Assembly (NCBI GenBank): GCA_009602735.1
Contig: WELA01002297.1
Span: forward strand, 780,773-844,772
Direction of reading: 5' to 3'
DNA from: Mesotaenium endlicherianum
Taxonomy: Eukaryota
DNA: 64,000 nt
In this document: positions 13,701 to 26,000 of the stretch, piece by piece
Numbering within the stretch: position 1 is the stretch's first letter
Layout of the letters: every line of letters starts with the position of its first letter
Program-made: the position numbers and the translations under genes
The notes under the pieces: generated by a model
Told to the model about the DNA's origin: nothing
Database searches by the model: none
Seen by the model: the letters and a program-made list of their open reading frames with translations, nothing else

Positions 13701-15136
13701 CGTCGGGCCACGATGCCCACAGGCGTGCGCACAATCGGTCAGAGTGCGGCTCGTGCCTCCCGCTTGTGCCCTCCGCTCGTGCCCTCCGCTCGTGCCCTCT
13801 GCTCGTGCGCCAAGCATGGCTCTGAAGACGGCTGGCGGAGGGAGGAGGAAGAGAGGCACAAAACTTTTCGCCGCGCAGCTGAAGCAGTGACCAGCAGGCG
13901 AGCGCACTCTCGCTTCCTCTGCCACTAGGAGCTGGATAGTGGATGCAATGAAGGCTCAGGAGGAGGAGGAGGAAAAACGGCAAGGGCACTTGCAATGAGC
14001 GAGCCAGTGACACTGGAGCTGTTGAACGCGTGCTACACAATTGCTACTACTGTCCCTCGGACATTGCAAGGGACACACGCTGGGGCCACCCCCTCGCGTT
14101 TGCACCAGGAGGGCACCACAGGCGTGAACAACAACAGCCTGTCCGCAACTGCGGCAGCGTCCCCACCCACGCGGTGCGTGGCTCTGAGTGAGCTTATGTT
14201 GCTGAAAATGCAGGCGTAGGAAGGCGTGGGAAGTCATGGGAGCCGGTCGGAGCAAGCGTACCACATTGGGCCGCAAGCCGGCAGCCTTGAGCTGCTCAAA
14301 CAGCGCGTATGCCTCATCCATGAGCCCGCCCTGCACGTGCGCCTGCCGCCGCCCTCGCGCGCCCCCGCACCCCCGACACACCGCCATACATTTAGTGATC
14401 CAAATCAGGTCGTTTGCTCGGATTGTCTCGTCGTGACATGCGGTGAGCCTCCCCATGAGGGAGAGAGGGAGAGGGAGGGGACCAGGGGGAGGGAGGAAGG
14501 GAGGGAGAGAAGAGAGAGAGTGAGAGGGGGACAGAGGGAGACAGGGAGAGGAAGAGAGAGGGAGAGGGAGAGGGAGGGGGATAGGGGGGGAGAAAGCACA
14601 TGCAATCTACGACAGGATGCAGGACACTTAGCAGAGGGCTCATAGAGCCACCCTCCACAAAGCAGTTGGGGTCCAGATCCTACGCGGTAGCGTGCATGCT
14701 TATGCACGCGTGCGTGTGTGCGTGCGTACATGCATGCTCACGTGTGCGGGAAGCCAAGTGACAGCCCTCCCATTGCAGAAGAAGTCCTCCCACCACCACC
14801 ATCACCACCACCACCACCATTGCCACCTCTGCGTGCGGCTGGAAGGGAGGGAGGGACAAGAGACGGGCAGCAACCACTGAGCACGTGCCAGGTGGGCCAA
14901 TGGTGCGCGAAGAGGGGAGGAAAGAGGAAGAAGAGGGGAGGGGGCGGGAGGGGGGGGGGGAGCAAGCATAGCTCAACACAGCCCGGACGAACCTTGATGA
15001 GGGCCGTGTAGGCGATGATATCTGGCAAGATGCCAGCTGCCTTCATCTCCTCAAACACCTGCCACACCGCCGCCCATCCGGGAACGCCGAAGCAAAGGAG
15101 GGCAGGCACGCGCACGCATACACACACACACACACT

Positions 15137-15169
<33 letters not shown>

Positions 15170-17377
15170 ACATAGGTGTGGTGTCAGTCAGTCAGTTGGT
15201 CAGTCAGTCGGTCTATCTCAGTTGGTAGACTCTGGCTTGGCCTCGCCCTCCCCCGCCAAGGCCCCCTGGCCTCCAGAAGGAGGGAGCGCTGGTCACAGCC
15301 AGCTGCTTTCTTCGAGTGGCTTGCTCCGCTCGCCGCGCGCGCATGTGCGTGTGTGTGTGAGTGCGTGCGCACACATGTGTTGCATTATTGCTATGTCCAT
15401 GTCCCGTGGGCTCCATCAAGGCAGACAAGACCGTGATAGTGATGCTCACTCCTTCTGCACCGGAGAGAGCCCTTGGCTCCCCATATTTGACTTGATTTGA
15501 CAAGCACCCTCACTTTTCTGAGGGGTTGCACCCCTTGACCTGGTGTTTCCATCCTGAGGGGTAAGATGGAGGGAAGAAAGGGAAGGGAATGGAAGGGGAG
15601 GGAAGGGGAGGGGAGGGGAGGGGGACAAGGCAGCCAGCTTGAGAGTATGAGCTTGGCAAGCACAGTGGGGCCCACCATGGCAGACCCCAAGAAAAAGCGG
15701 AGATAAGAGAAAGTAGCAAAAGCAATCTTCCTGCAATCTTCCCCATCAGCACCTGCACACACACGCGCACACGCACACAAACATGCCCAGCATGCCCGTC
15801 CCGGCGCAAAGTGCACGCAGGCAGCTGGCAGCACGCTGCGCGGGTGCAAGCAGAAGCACTAGTAGCGGCAGCGGCAGCTAGAGAAGCAGCAGCAGCAGCA
15901 GCAGCGGGAGCGGCAGCGGTGGCAGCAGCAGCAAAAGAAGCGGGAGTGGCGGTGCGCACCTGGGAGGCGGAGCGCGCGTCGCCCACGGAGCCGAAGGCGT
16001 CGATGAGCGTGGACCAGCTGCGCGCGTTGGGCCGGATGCCGCGCGCCTCCATGGCCGCCATCACGGCGCGCGCGCGCTGCGGCGACGCCCCACACGCCTT
16101 CATTAGCGAGTTGTACGTCACCGCGTCCGGCTCGCATGTGTGGCGCCCCCGGATGCTCCGGCTTCCCTTGCTCAGCTCCCGCAGCCGCTCCTCCCGCTCC
16201 TGCTCCCGCTCCCTCGCCGCCCGCTCCTGCTCCCCCTCCTGCTCCTGCGCCTGCCCCTGCCCCTGCTCCTCTGCTGGCTGCTGGCCCGTCTGTCCCACCC
16301 CCGGCCCATTGCCGACGACCGCCTCCGCAGCGGGCGGTCCCGTCCGACCCCTCTCTGCTCCCCCCCTGGGGTCCACATAGTCCGGGCTGGCAGCGCTGCT
16401 GCTGCTGCTGCTGGAGTGCGCAGCGTGGCCAGGGGGATCTGAGGAGGCCGGGGTGAATGGCCACCCGCTGCCGCTGCCGCTCCTGCTGCCGCTGCTGCTG
16501 TTGCTGCGGGCGGGGCCAGAGCTGCTAGCGGGACCGGGGGGGGGTGCCCCGGAGGTGCTGAGGAGGTCCAGCGCCGCCACGTCGGAGTTCAGCTGCCGCT
16601 TCTTTGTCATCCTCAAGCTCGCGCTGCGCCCGCCGCTGCTCGGCGCATGTGCGGGTGCGGGCGGCTGCCGCCGCGGGCCGGCACCTCTGGGCGGCGCGCG
16701 CTGCTCCGCCGCTGCCCCAGAGCTCGCGGGAGCCTCAGACCCTCCCCGCCCTACCTGATCTTCTCTTACTGCTTCGACCCCCCCCGTGCCGACAGCTGGC
16801 AAGCCATCCCTAACGGCACGTGGCATGGCACCACCTGGCATGGGGCCAAGAGAAGTAGCGAGCCCCGCGCCGGCGGCAGGCTGCCCCGCCAGCCCCCCAT
16901 CTTTAAGAGGGAGGGTGTCCAGCTGCAGCAGCGAGTCTCCGCCGCGGACGGCGGCGCCACCCGCGTCAATGGGGGGGGAGGAGGAGGCGGGGGCCCCGCC
17001 GCCCGCGCGCATCTGGTCCAGCAGCGCAAAGGCGCGCGCCTCCTGACCGGCCTCAGCGCACGCATCGATGAGCACGTTGTACGTGTCCGTGTTCGGGCGG
17101 CATCCGGCGGCGCGCATGTCCTCGAAGACGCGGAAGGCCTGCTCCACCAGCCCCGCGGCGGCGCACGCCTTGACGAGCGACGTCCACGTCACCAGGTTGG
17201 GCGGCACACCCGCCGCCTCCATCTCCGCCTTCACCTCCAGCGCTGCCTCCCACATCTTCGCCTTGGAAAATATCTGCCGCCAGCACCACATTGCGATGCA
17301 CGCGTGTGTGAGAGAGTGTGTGTGTGCGTATGTGTGTGTGTGCGCATGTGTGTGAGAGTGTGTGTGTGCGTGCGTGT

Positions 17378-17420
<43 letters not shown>

Positions 17421-18068
17421 TGCAGGCGTGTGCAGGTGTCCACAATTAATGTCCTGGGAGGGGAGGAGCCGGCAGGAGAGAGGGCGCCCACCTGGATTAT
17501 GGTGCTGTAGGTGATGACGTCCAGAGGCGTGCCGCCCGCCGCCGCCCACTCCTTCAAGTCGGAGTACAGCGCCAGCGCCACGTCCGCCCTGCCGCCCAGG
17601 CTGCACGCCTTGAGCAGTACGTTGTACGTGGTTGCATCCGCCACCACCCCCTTGGCCTGCGTGCATGCACCCGTGCACGCATGCACGCATCCCACACGAG
17701 CACCGCAGGCACAGCCCCCAGGCCGCAGAAAGCAAGTGATGAGAGATTTGCAAAGAGGCAAGATGGCGACGATGATGCGGCCTCAACATGTGTCGATCTA
17801 ACAAAGGGCACAAAGACGAAGCGGGTGATGACACGTGTCTGCGCGGAGGACGTGCAGCTCGGCTTTGCCCAGCTGGCCCCCCCCGCCTGCCCTGAGTGCC
17901 GTGGCAAGGGCCTGCTGCGTACGTCGGCAAAGGAGGGGAGAGGAGAGGAGGCCGGGGAAAGGGAGGGGGGGGGAAGGGGCCAGCACGGAAGAAGCTGGGG
18001 GCCCATTCCATGACTCTTCAGGCAGGGAAAGGGGCGGGGAGGGGGGAGGCACTGCATAAGCCAGCCAG

Positions 18069-18102
<34 letters not shown>

Positions 18103-18810
18103 CTTCTGGGATGCTCGGCGGAGAGGCTGGACAGACAGAAGGACAGGCACATGCACGCACGCCCGCACCCGCACAGAGAAAGGCACTCTCTCTCCACATC
18201 CCCCACGGGCCAGAGGGATCGAGAAGCCATGCCTGACTCACGCTGCCCAGCCCCAGCCAGCACGGCGGCGCTTTGCGCGCAAGTTTGAACGCACCGCGGG
18301 GGGGTAGCCTTGGCCCCGGGCAATGCTCGGAATCCTCCTGTAATACACGTGCAAGCCATCAAGCTCTCATGATCTGCAGAGGCCTCTTCTCCGGAGCCTG
18401 ACATGCCCTCCGGACGCGCTTAGAGCGACAAGGGGACGACAGCAGCGAAAGCAAAAGCAGAAGGGGTCGTGCGTCAAACAGGAGAACTCTCGAACGGCAG
18501 GCGGGCCGGCTTCCGCTAACAGAAGAAGAGGCCCAGGAGAGGGGCAGTATGCCCGCCACGCGGTGGTCACATAAGAGATGCACAGCACCAGCCTCAGCCA
18601 TAGCCATAGCAACAGCCATAGCCATAGCACAGCCATAGCCATAGCAACAGCCATAGCCATAGCAACAGCCATAGCCGTAGCCACAGCCTTGGCCATAGCC
18701 AAAGCCATGGCCATAGCCATAGCCATAGCCATAGCCATAGCCATAGCCATAGCCATAGCCACAGGGGTAGGCTGAAGACATTCAGATGAAGGAGCGGGTA
18801 AGAAAGAGGG

Positions 18811-18865
<55 letters not shown>

Positions 18866-19094
18866 AGAGATAAGGGAGGGAGCGGAGGGGGGAGCAGCAG
18901 CAGCAGCAGCAGCAGGCGGCGAGCACCTGCAGGATGGCGTAGATCTCCCACACCATGTCGGGGTCGGCCGCGTGCACGTTCATGAAGCTGTTGAACACGT
19001 ACACGTTGGGCACCGCGCCCCTCTCCAGCAGCCCCTGCCACCCCGCCCCCCGCCCCCGCCCCCAGCTCAGCCAGGGCACCAGCGCTGCTAGGGC

Positions 19095-19133
<39 letters not shown>

Positions 19134-22100
19134 GAGAGAGAGTGTCCCATCTCATACTCACCATAGGACAGGAGGGTTCTGGGTTCTAGCACCCCCGTAG
19201 CACAGAAGCGGCATCTCTCCCGGCCGGCCCCCACCAACACCCGCGGCCCCAATAACACACCAAAGCACCCCCACAGCACACCCGCACCCGCACCCGCACC
19301 TGCGGCTGCAGGGGCGGAAAAGTGCGCCTACCCCTATTCACACGCGCTTGCGCCCGCAGGGGCTCTTGCGACAGACTGAGCGAGCATTGCCCCTCTCCTC
19401 CCCTCCCGCCTGCGCCTCCCCACTACCCCCAGCGTCCCCCCGTTGCACCCAGCACGGAAGCTCCGGAGGACGCAGGGCAACAGCACTTGCCGCAAGTGCA
19501 CAATGTGTCGGACCCATTTCTTGTACGGAGCAGATGAGCTACCGCAAGGGCGGGCCAGTGGGCAGGCGGGCGGCGGGCGGGGCCCTGCAAATGAGTACCT
19601 CGAAGACGGCCGTGGCGTCCTGGCGCGCTCCGCAGCGGCCGCACGCGTCGATGAGCGCGCGCCACGTGTGCATGTCGGGCTGCACGCGGCGGGCGTCCAT
19701 GGCCGGCAGCACGGCGAAGGCGCCCGCCAGGTCGCGCAGGCTGCCGCACGCGCGGATCACCGCGTTGTAGCTCCCGCTCAGCGGCGGCAGCGCGTCCGTG
19801 TACCTGCCGTCAACGCGCAACTCCCCCCCGCCCGCCCGCTTGCCAGTCAGTCGCTTCTCCCCCGCCCCTCCCCCTCCCCCTCTTTCGCTCGCGCAAGAGA
19901 GGAGCGCACAATCAACTATAACACACACAAGCGCGTGAGAGCGCAGGTCGCTAGGCGCCGGCGGATGGGCGTCCCACTGTGGGGCTAGGGAGGGAGACTG
20001 AGGGGAGAGGAGGCAGAAGTGGGGGACTGCTTAGCAGGCGACGCTGCAGAGCCTCCCCGTGCAGACATGTGTCCTGCTGCTGCAGAAGTGTCGCACACGA
20101 GCTCCCTTCTTGCTGGGGGAGCACGTGTGATGCTCAAGTGCGATAGAAGGGGTCCCTGCGCTCGTGCCAAGAAGGCTACACCTGTCGGTGGCGCCTCCTT
20201 CACGACCGACACCCACCCATGCGCGTGTGTGTGTGCGCGAGTGCGTGCACGTGTGCATGTGTGCGCGTGTATGGGTCGGGTGCACGAGTGTGTTCGCGCC
20301 TGTGTGTATGTGTGCGTATGTATGTGTGTGATTCTGTGTGTCTGCGTGTGCGTGTATGTTTCTCAATGCCTGAGTGTGTGCTTCTCAATGTGTGCGTGCG
20401 TCCGTACATGCGTGTGCACCTGTACGTATGTGTGTAGGGAGTGAGAGGAAGAACGCGCGCGTGCGTGTGACCTGAGGGCGAGGCTGACGCCACCGGCAGC
20501 AATGCACTTCTGCGCCACCAGCATGGGCTGCACCAGCCTCTGCACCCTCACTTCCGCCTCTGCCACCCCGCAAGCAGGCCCACACGCACGCACGCATGCA
20601 CTCAGGCAGGCAGGGCAGGCAGGCCGGGCAGCAGCAGCAGCAGCAGGAGGAGGAGGAGGAGGAGGAGGAGGAGGACAATGGGCGTGCAACTCATGAAAGA
20701 GAGAGAGAGGTCCCACTCCCCTACCCCCTTTCACTTCATCCCATCCAATCAGCAACCCGCAGCCAATCCTCTGCAAGCCTGGGCCCCTGAGAGTGCGCAA
20801 TCTGCGCTGCAAGGAGAGTCCACAAGTAGCATCCCCCAGCGAGGTAGCTAACCAGCCAGGTGGCAGCATTCGGTGCAAGCCTAGGCCCACATGGCATCCT
20901 CCCTCCCTCCCCCCGGAGACGGGCAGGAAGAGCGAGCAGCGCTCCTTGGGCGGGGAGCTGCAAGCGGGGCAGTGCCAGGGGGGCGGAGAGAGGAAGCAAA
21001 AGGAAAGAGGGCAGCACGGGCGAGGGGAGCTTCTGCCACATTTCACAGTAGGAGCAGCAGGGGGAGGGAGGGATCAGCAGGCGTGGCCGCAGCGGCTGCG
21101 CAAGGGGGGGGGGGGGAGAGAGCGAGAGAGGAGGAGGAGCAGGTACCGTCGAGAGCGAGCATGAATGTGACACACTCGTGCACCCGCTTCCTCTGCAGGA
21201 GCGCCAGGCAGGCGTCTTCCAGGTCCCGCGTGTCGCACTCCCGCACAATCTTCCGCGTGTTGATCCCCGCCTCCGCCAGCCCGTCCAGCAGCTTGCAGCT
21301 GCCTGCCACCTGGCCCCTCCGCACGAGGCCGCCCCACGACTCCGCGAGCGCAGAGTGAACGGAACCCTCGGCTAGCTCGGAGGGGGGGAACCCGGCCGCC
21401 CGCAGCCTCTTCAGCACCCTCACGCATGCCGCCACTTGTCGCTCCGCAAGAAGATCCCGGCAGAGCTCGGCCACTACATCCTTCAGGCCGGCCCCCAGGA
21501 GGGCTCTCGGGGGCAGGCCCACAGAGAGAACGCTTTCCAGAGCTGCGGAGAAGCCTTCCCCCCCACCCCCCCTCGCTTGCTCCCCCCCCTTAGCAGAGTG
21601 GCCCCTCAGAGAGAGCACAGCAGCTTGGCATGCCGCCCGCTCCTTGCCCGCCCTCTTGTAATCCTGGAGCTTGGCTCTGAGAAGCTCGCCACTTGGCAGT
21701 TCGTCGGGGAGTGCGGCGGGGCTGGAGGTGGAAGAGGCCGACGTAGTGCTTTCCCCAAACGCTTGCCCGCTCTCTTGGCTGACTTCCTTCTCGTCGACGA
21801 CATTCTTTGGCCGGTACCTAATGGTGATAGGCCTCTGCTCCTTCCTGGTAGTGCTCTGGCTAGAGTAAGCACGCGTCTGGAATGCGGCATCTCGGCCAGA
21901 GGGGCCAGCGAGAAGCTTAGAAGATTTGTATTTTATGCGTGTCACTTGCGGGTCCTCCAGAGAGAAACGCCGCTGAGAGAGCCAGCGCTTCCAATTCCCA
22001 CCAGTCTCTACATTTCTACTCAGGGCGCATCTGTCTCTATGGCCGAAAGAAGCAGCACGCGGATATTCCGTACCCCTTCGGAATGAGCGGCCCCTGACAA

Positions 22101-22161
22101 CGGCAAGCACACTGTCATGGTAGGCAACACCGGAGACAGGATCTCCAAGACAGCATATCAT
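10722..22161 (-). CDS. P-type pentatricopeptide repeat protein with C-terminal SMR-like domain; likely orthologue of Arabidopsis At5g02830 (plastid-type)
   Basis: 12 phase-consistent GT-AG exons (minus): 22161-21147, 20559-20472, 19803-19599, 19034-18927, 17656-17492, 17273-15960, 15058-14993, 14342-14262, 13619-13522, 12779-12416, 11820-11760, 11296-10722 (TAG). PPR motifs include PNVYVFNSFMNVH, ADATTYNVLLKAC, PNLVTWTSLVKAC and PDIIAYTALIKA. The C-terminus reads IDLHGLSQAEARTVVLSVLR...DLVISTGGG...RLIVTKESLTAWLNRK. Orthology is from recalled similarity, not a search. Confidence 0.92.
18595..18760. repeat. (TAGCCA)n hexanucleotide microsatellite in PPR intron 4
   Basis: Directly visible tandem tagcca/cagcca/tagcaa units. 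Confidence 0.95.
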
Positions 22162-23049
22162 AGCTTGCTTCTATAGACCTACTGATCGACTGGATGCTGA
22201 TGAACCTCCTATGTGCGGAGGCAAATCAGTGCCCCGCAGCTTTTGTGTACCCCATTACAAAATTGTAAAGATTTCCTTCCTCCCCATCGCCCACGCAGGA
22301 CATTTGAGGCGACAACAGACAAAGTCCCAACTTCTAGCTCAATACACTAACTCTCCAGATCGAAGCCGTGTCCTATAAAATGCAGCGTACAACTTGTCTA
22401 CAACTCAAAGGTCGGTGATGTCGGCCATAGGGGGTAGCGTGTAACACTCGTCCATCAAGCTGTGTCTCATCGGTGCCTCTTACGCCACTAGATGTATAAC
22501 GCATGAGCCTGCAACTTCTTACAACTAGCACCCTGCATCGAGGAGTGTATAGTCGACAGATATACGTGACATGCTATCACGGTCGAGATTCCGAGTTTCG
22601 CAACATCCCCCCTTATGCCATCATGCATACAAAGGGAGAATTTAACACGCGTTGAAACGTACTCCGCGAGAGCGGTCAAGTGGGGTCCTCCGAGCCAGAT
22701 TCCAGGCACGGGTGTTTGGGGGGGCGAGGGGGAGGGGGGAGGCTTTTGACTATTGGGGGGTGATTGACAATTGCTACTCCTGCTTTGTTTTCTTCTTTAC
22801 TTAATGTTGATCGTCGATCGTCGCATGCCTGTCATCAGTCAACTGATTATTGAACTGAACTGTTTTGCACAGAGAGGGCACTTCTGTTCTAATTCGTTTA
22901 GGTAATCTTCATCACGAGGCACATTTTCAACTCATCCACGCAATGCATTTGTGAAGCAGAGATATGATAGGCTGAACTTCGATAGCCAAGAGAGTAGTAT
23001 CCTCGACGTAGGAAAAGAAGTGGTAGGCATTGATTGTTGAAGGGCCACG
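22162..23049. promoter_or_regulatory. Divergent (putative bidirectional) promoter region between the PPR gene and SRP72
   Basis: The start codons at 22161 (-) and 23050 (+) point away from each other, with 888 bp between them. No specific motif is assigned. Confidence 0.6.
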
Positions 23050-26000
23050 ATGGCTGGATCGAAAGCTAAGAGTCCTGGTGCCAAAGGCAAAGCGGGTAGT
23101 ATCCCCCCAAAAGGCAAAGCAGCAGGGTCGACATCCACCGCTGCAGAGCAAGGGCCTTCTGTTGAGGATCTTTTCTCGAAGCTGGAGGGCCACATAAAGA
23201 AAGACGAGTTCACCAAGATTGCCAAGACTTCCGAAGAGAGTATCCTCACAGGGAGCCCATGCATTTCCAATCGTTCTTGCGATTTGGTTCTTTGATGGCT
23301 TGACTCTTTTGCTCGGGTTGTTGCCCCTTGTGCCCCACAATAGTATCACCTTCGGTTCTTGCTCTGTGAGGGGGGTCCATGGGACTTGTTCTCGTAAAGG
23401 GGAGGGTATGTGTTTTTCGAAACTGGACCTTTGGTTGCATATAGACCTAGACAAGCCGAAGCATGACAGTAGTCTGGCCTTACACGACTTCACCCCTCCA
23501 GAAGACCTCACCTGCATCAGCTGGCGCTTGCCACTTGCAAGTTTTTTATCACTCCTGCTATTGTGCTGCTGGCTGCAAATGCAATCACTCCGGCCTGCGA
23601 CGGTCCCCAGCCCTTGATTCTGGATGATCAGGCCGTGCAATTACTCTCTCTCACTGCTGCTGGTAGATGCTTCTTTAGGTTTGGCTCCTCAGCTTCTCAG
23701 CCAACAGGCCACCAATGCAGAGTTGGAGAAGACTGCACTTTCTGCCCGACAGAGCGCACTCTTTGGCAAGAAGTGAAGCCACTTGCATATACATATATAT
23801 GTATATACACATGTTTGGCTGTTTGTATTATGTATGTGCTTCATGTATGCATAAGTACATATGTTTTCCTGTCGATGGGAGTCATTAGCATCACCTTGCT
23901 CACGTCTCCTGCAGCAGCAGCGCCCTTGACCAGAGCATATGCTCACAGTCTTGAAGCTAGCGCCGGGAGACGATCTCGCCCTGCACTGCCAGGTGGTGGC
24001 CCTCATCCAAGGAGGCCATGTGGCAGATGCTCTGAAGGCCATCGAGGCGGCGGAGAAGAAGAGCGCCCCCTTGCACCTTAACTTTGAGAAGGTACGCATC
24101 AAGCGCCACCTGGCACCAGCTTACCCGAGCCCAACGCCTCGTCAGCAGCAGCAACGGCTTGCTGGCATCGAGCTCACTCTTTGACCCTACCGGCTCCGCA
24201 TGCGAGAGACTCGGGCCTGCCACGTCACCATTGCATCGTTGGCTGATCCTGCAGTTAGCCCCCGGTGATTTGAGGGGTTTAGTGTGAACGCTTCAAAGGG
24301 CTTACCCTCGGAGGAGATCCCTCCTGGGGTTTCACGTCCAATCAAGATGATTACATACATGTGGGGGCAGCCAGCGCTCTTCCTGGCTGGCCCTCCTTGA
24401 GCACAACTGGGGTTTATCAGGAGGCCTGAAGATTGCAGAGGGCGGGCACGAAGGTACATTACAGCCTGGGTGGGATGAGCACCGCTGTCAGGCGCGTAGC
24501 AGACTTGAAGATCCTCGGGGGTACTGTGACACACATATAAAGCGAGAGAGAGATGTACACATGCAGCATGTGGGGAGGGGGGGGGCGTGGGGCGAGGCGC
24601 TCTCGCAGATGGCAGCGAGTGCTCTGTGTGTGTGTCCCACTCGATGCTGCTAGTCTCACTCGAGCAAACCCCACGCCCGCGCGCACCTGCGCTCGTGCTC
24701 GCGCTCGCGCAGGCCTATTGCCTGTACCGCAGCAACCGGCTGGCGGAGGCGCTCGAGGCGCTGGCCGCAGTGGCCGAGAGGACGCCAGGTGTCGTGCAGC
24801 TGGAGGCCCAGGTACTGTACCGCATGGGCAACAGCGCCGCCAGCATCGCCCGCTACGAGGAGCTCGCCGGCGGCAGGGGGGGTACGGGCGGCAGGCTGGA
24901 CCCCGCTGCGGCCTCGACGGAGGTGAAGACCAATCAGATCGCAGCGTACGTCTCGGCGGGGCGCGCGCGGGAGGTGGCGGCGCTGCTGCCGGCGCTGCGG
25001 GTGGCACCGCGCGACAGCTTCGACGTGGCGTACAACGTGGCGTGCGCGCTCGTGGAGACGCGCGAGTACGCGCGCGCCGAGGAGATGCTCCTGCTCGCCA
25101 ACAGGCAGGGCTCCCTCTGCCCATCCTCCCCCTCCCTCCTCCGCTTCCTCCTCCTCGTCCTCCTCCTGGCTCCAGCTCGGTTGCCAGGCCCTCGTGAGCC
25201 CTGCCCCTCTCTCCGCCAGTCTTTGGTCTTTGCAATTCTGCCCCTCCGCCGCCCTGCGTTCCCCTGGGCGGGGCAGCAGTGGCTGGCGCTCTTTCTGAAA
25301 GGTGGGCAAGGGGGGAGCGGAGCGGGGTGGGGCGGGGTTGGGGCCAGAGGCAAGCACAAGCATTTCCATGTAGGGTCTTTTTCACCCGCCTCTCTCCCTC
25401 TCCCGCTGCCTCGGAGAAAGAGCTGCCTTGCCTGGAAGGCCTACTGGCCGTCGCCAGATGGCGCTTCGGCCCTGCTGGCAGTTAGGGCACGCTTCTCGTT
25501 GCTACAGGCCCCCTAGCTGCAGGCAGCAGGCTCCCCCCCCTGACCCCTCTGCTCAGCGGGGCCCAGTCCCCGGGGGGTTCCATTCCGGTGCAACAGGCTC
25601 ATTACAGGTGGAGAAAAAAACTGGGCAGTCCCCGCGAGAGAGGGGGGGGGACACTTCGCTCAGGACGGCACGGCCTACCGGCTCAGGGCTACAGTAGCAC
25701 CTCAGGGCTGTCATCACGTCGAGTTGCGGTGGCGGAGTGAAACACAGAGGAGGGCTGGCCACTCCTTTGCGGAAGGAGGTCAGTTACGCAGTGGCGGGGA
25801 GGGGGGAAGGGAGAGGGGGAGGGGGAGAGGGAGGGACCGTGTGCGCGCTATCTCAGCCCTGGAATGGGCAAGAAACAGAGGGCAGAGGGTAGAGGGCGGA
25901 GGGCAGAGGGCGGAGGGCAGAGGGCGGCTGCTCTTGTTTGGAAGGCCCACCGGCTGTCGCCCTGCTGCCAGTTTGGGCACGCTTCTCGTCGCTTCAGGCC

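Noticed and set aside
12189..21427. Many plus-strand ORFs over the PPR gene, plus CVCV/HTHT/ERER/GYGY ORFs
   Set aside because: These are antisense shadows of GC-rich exons or translations of microsatellites.
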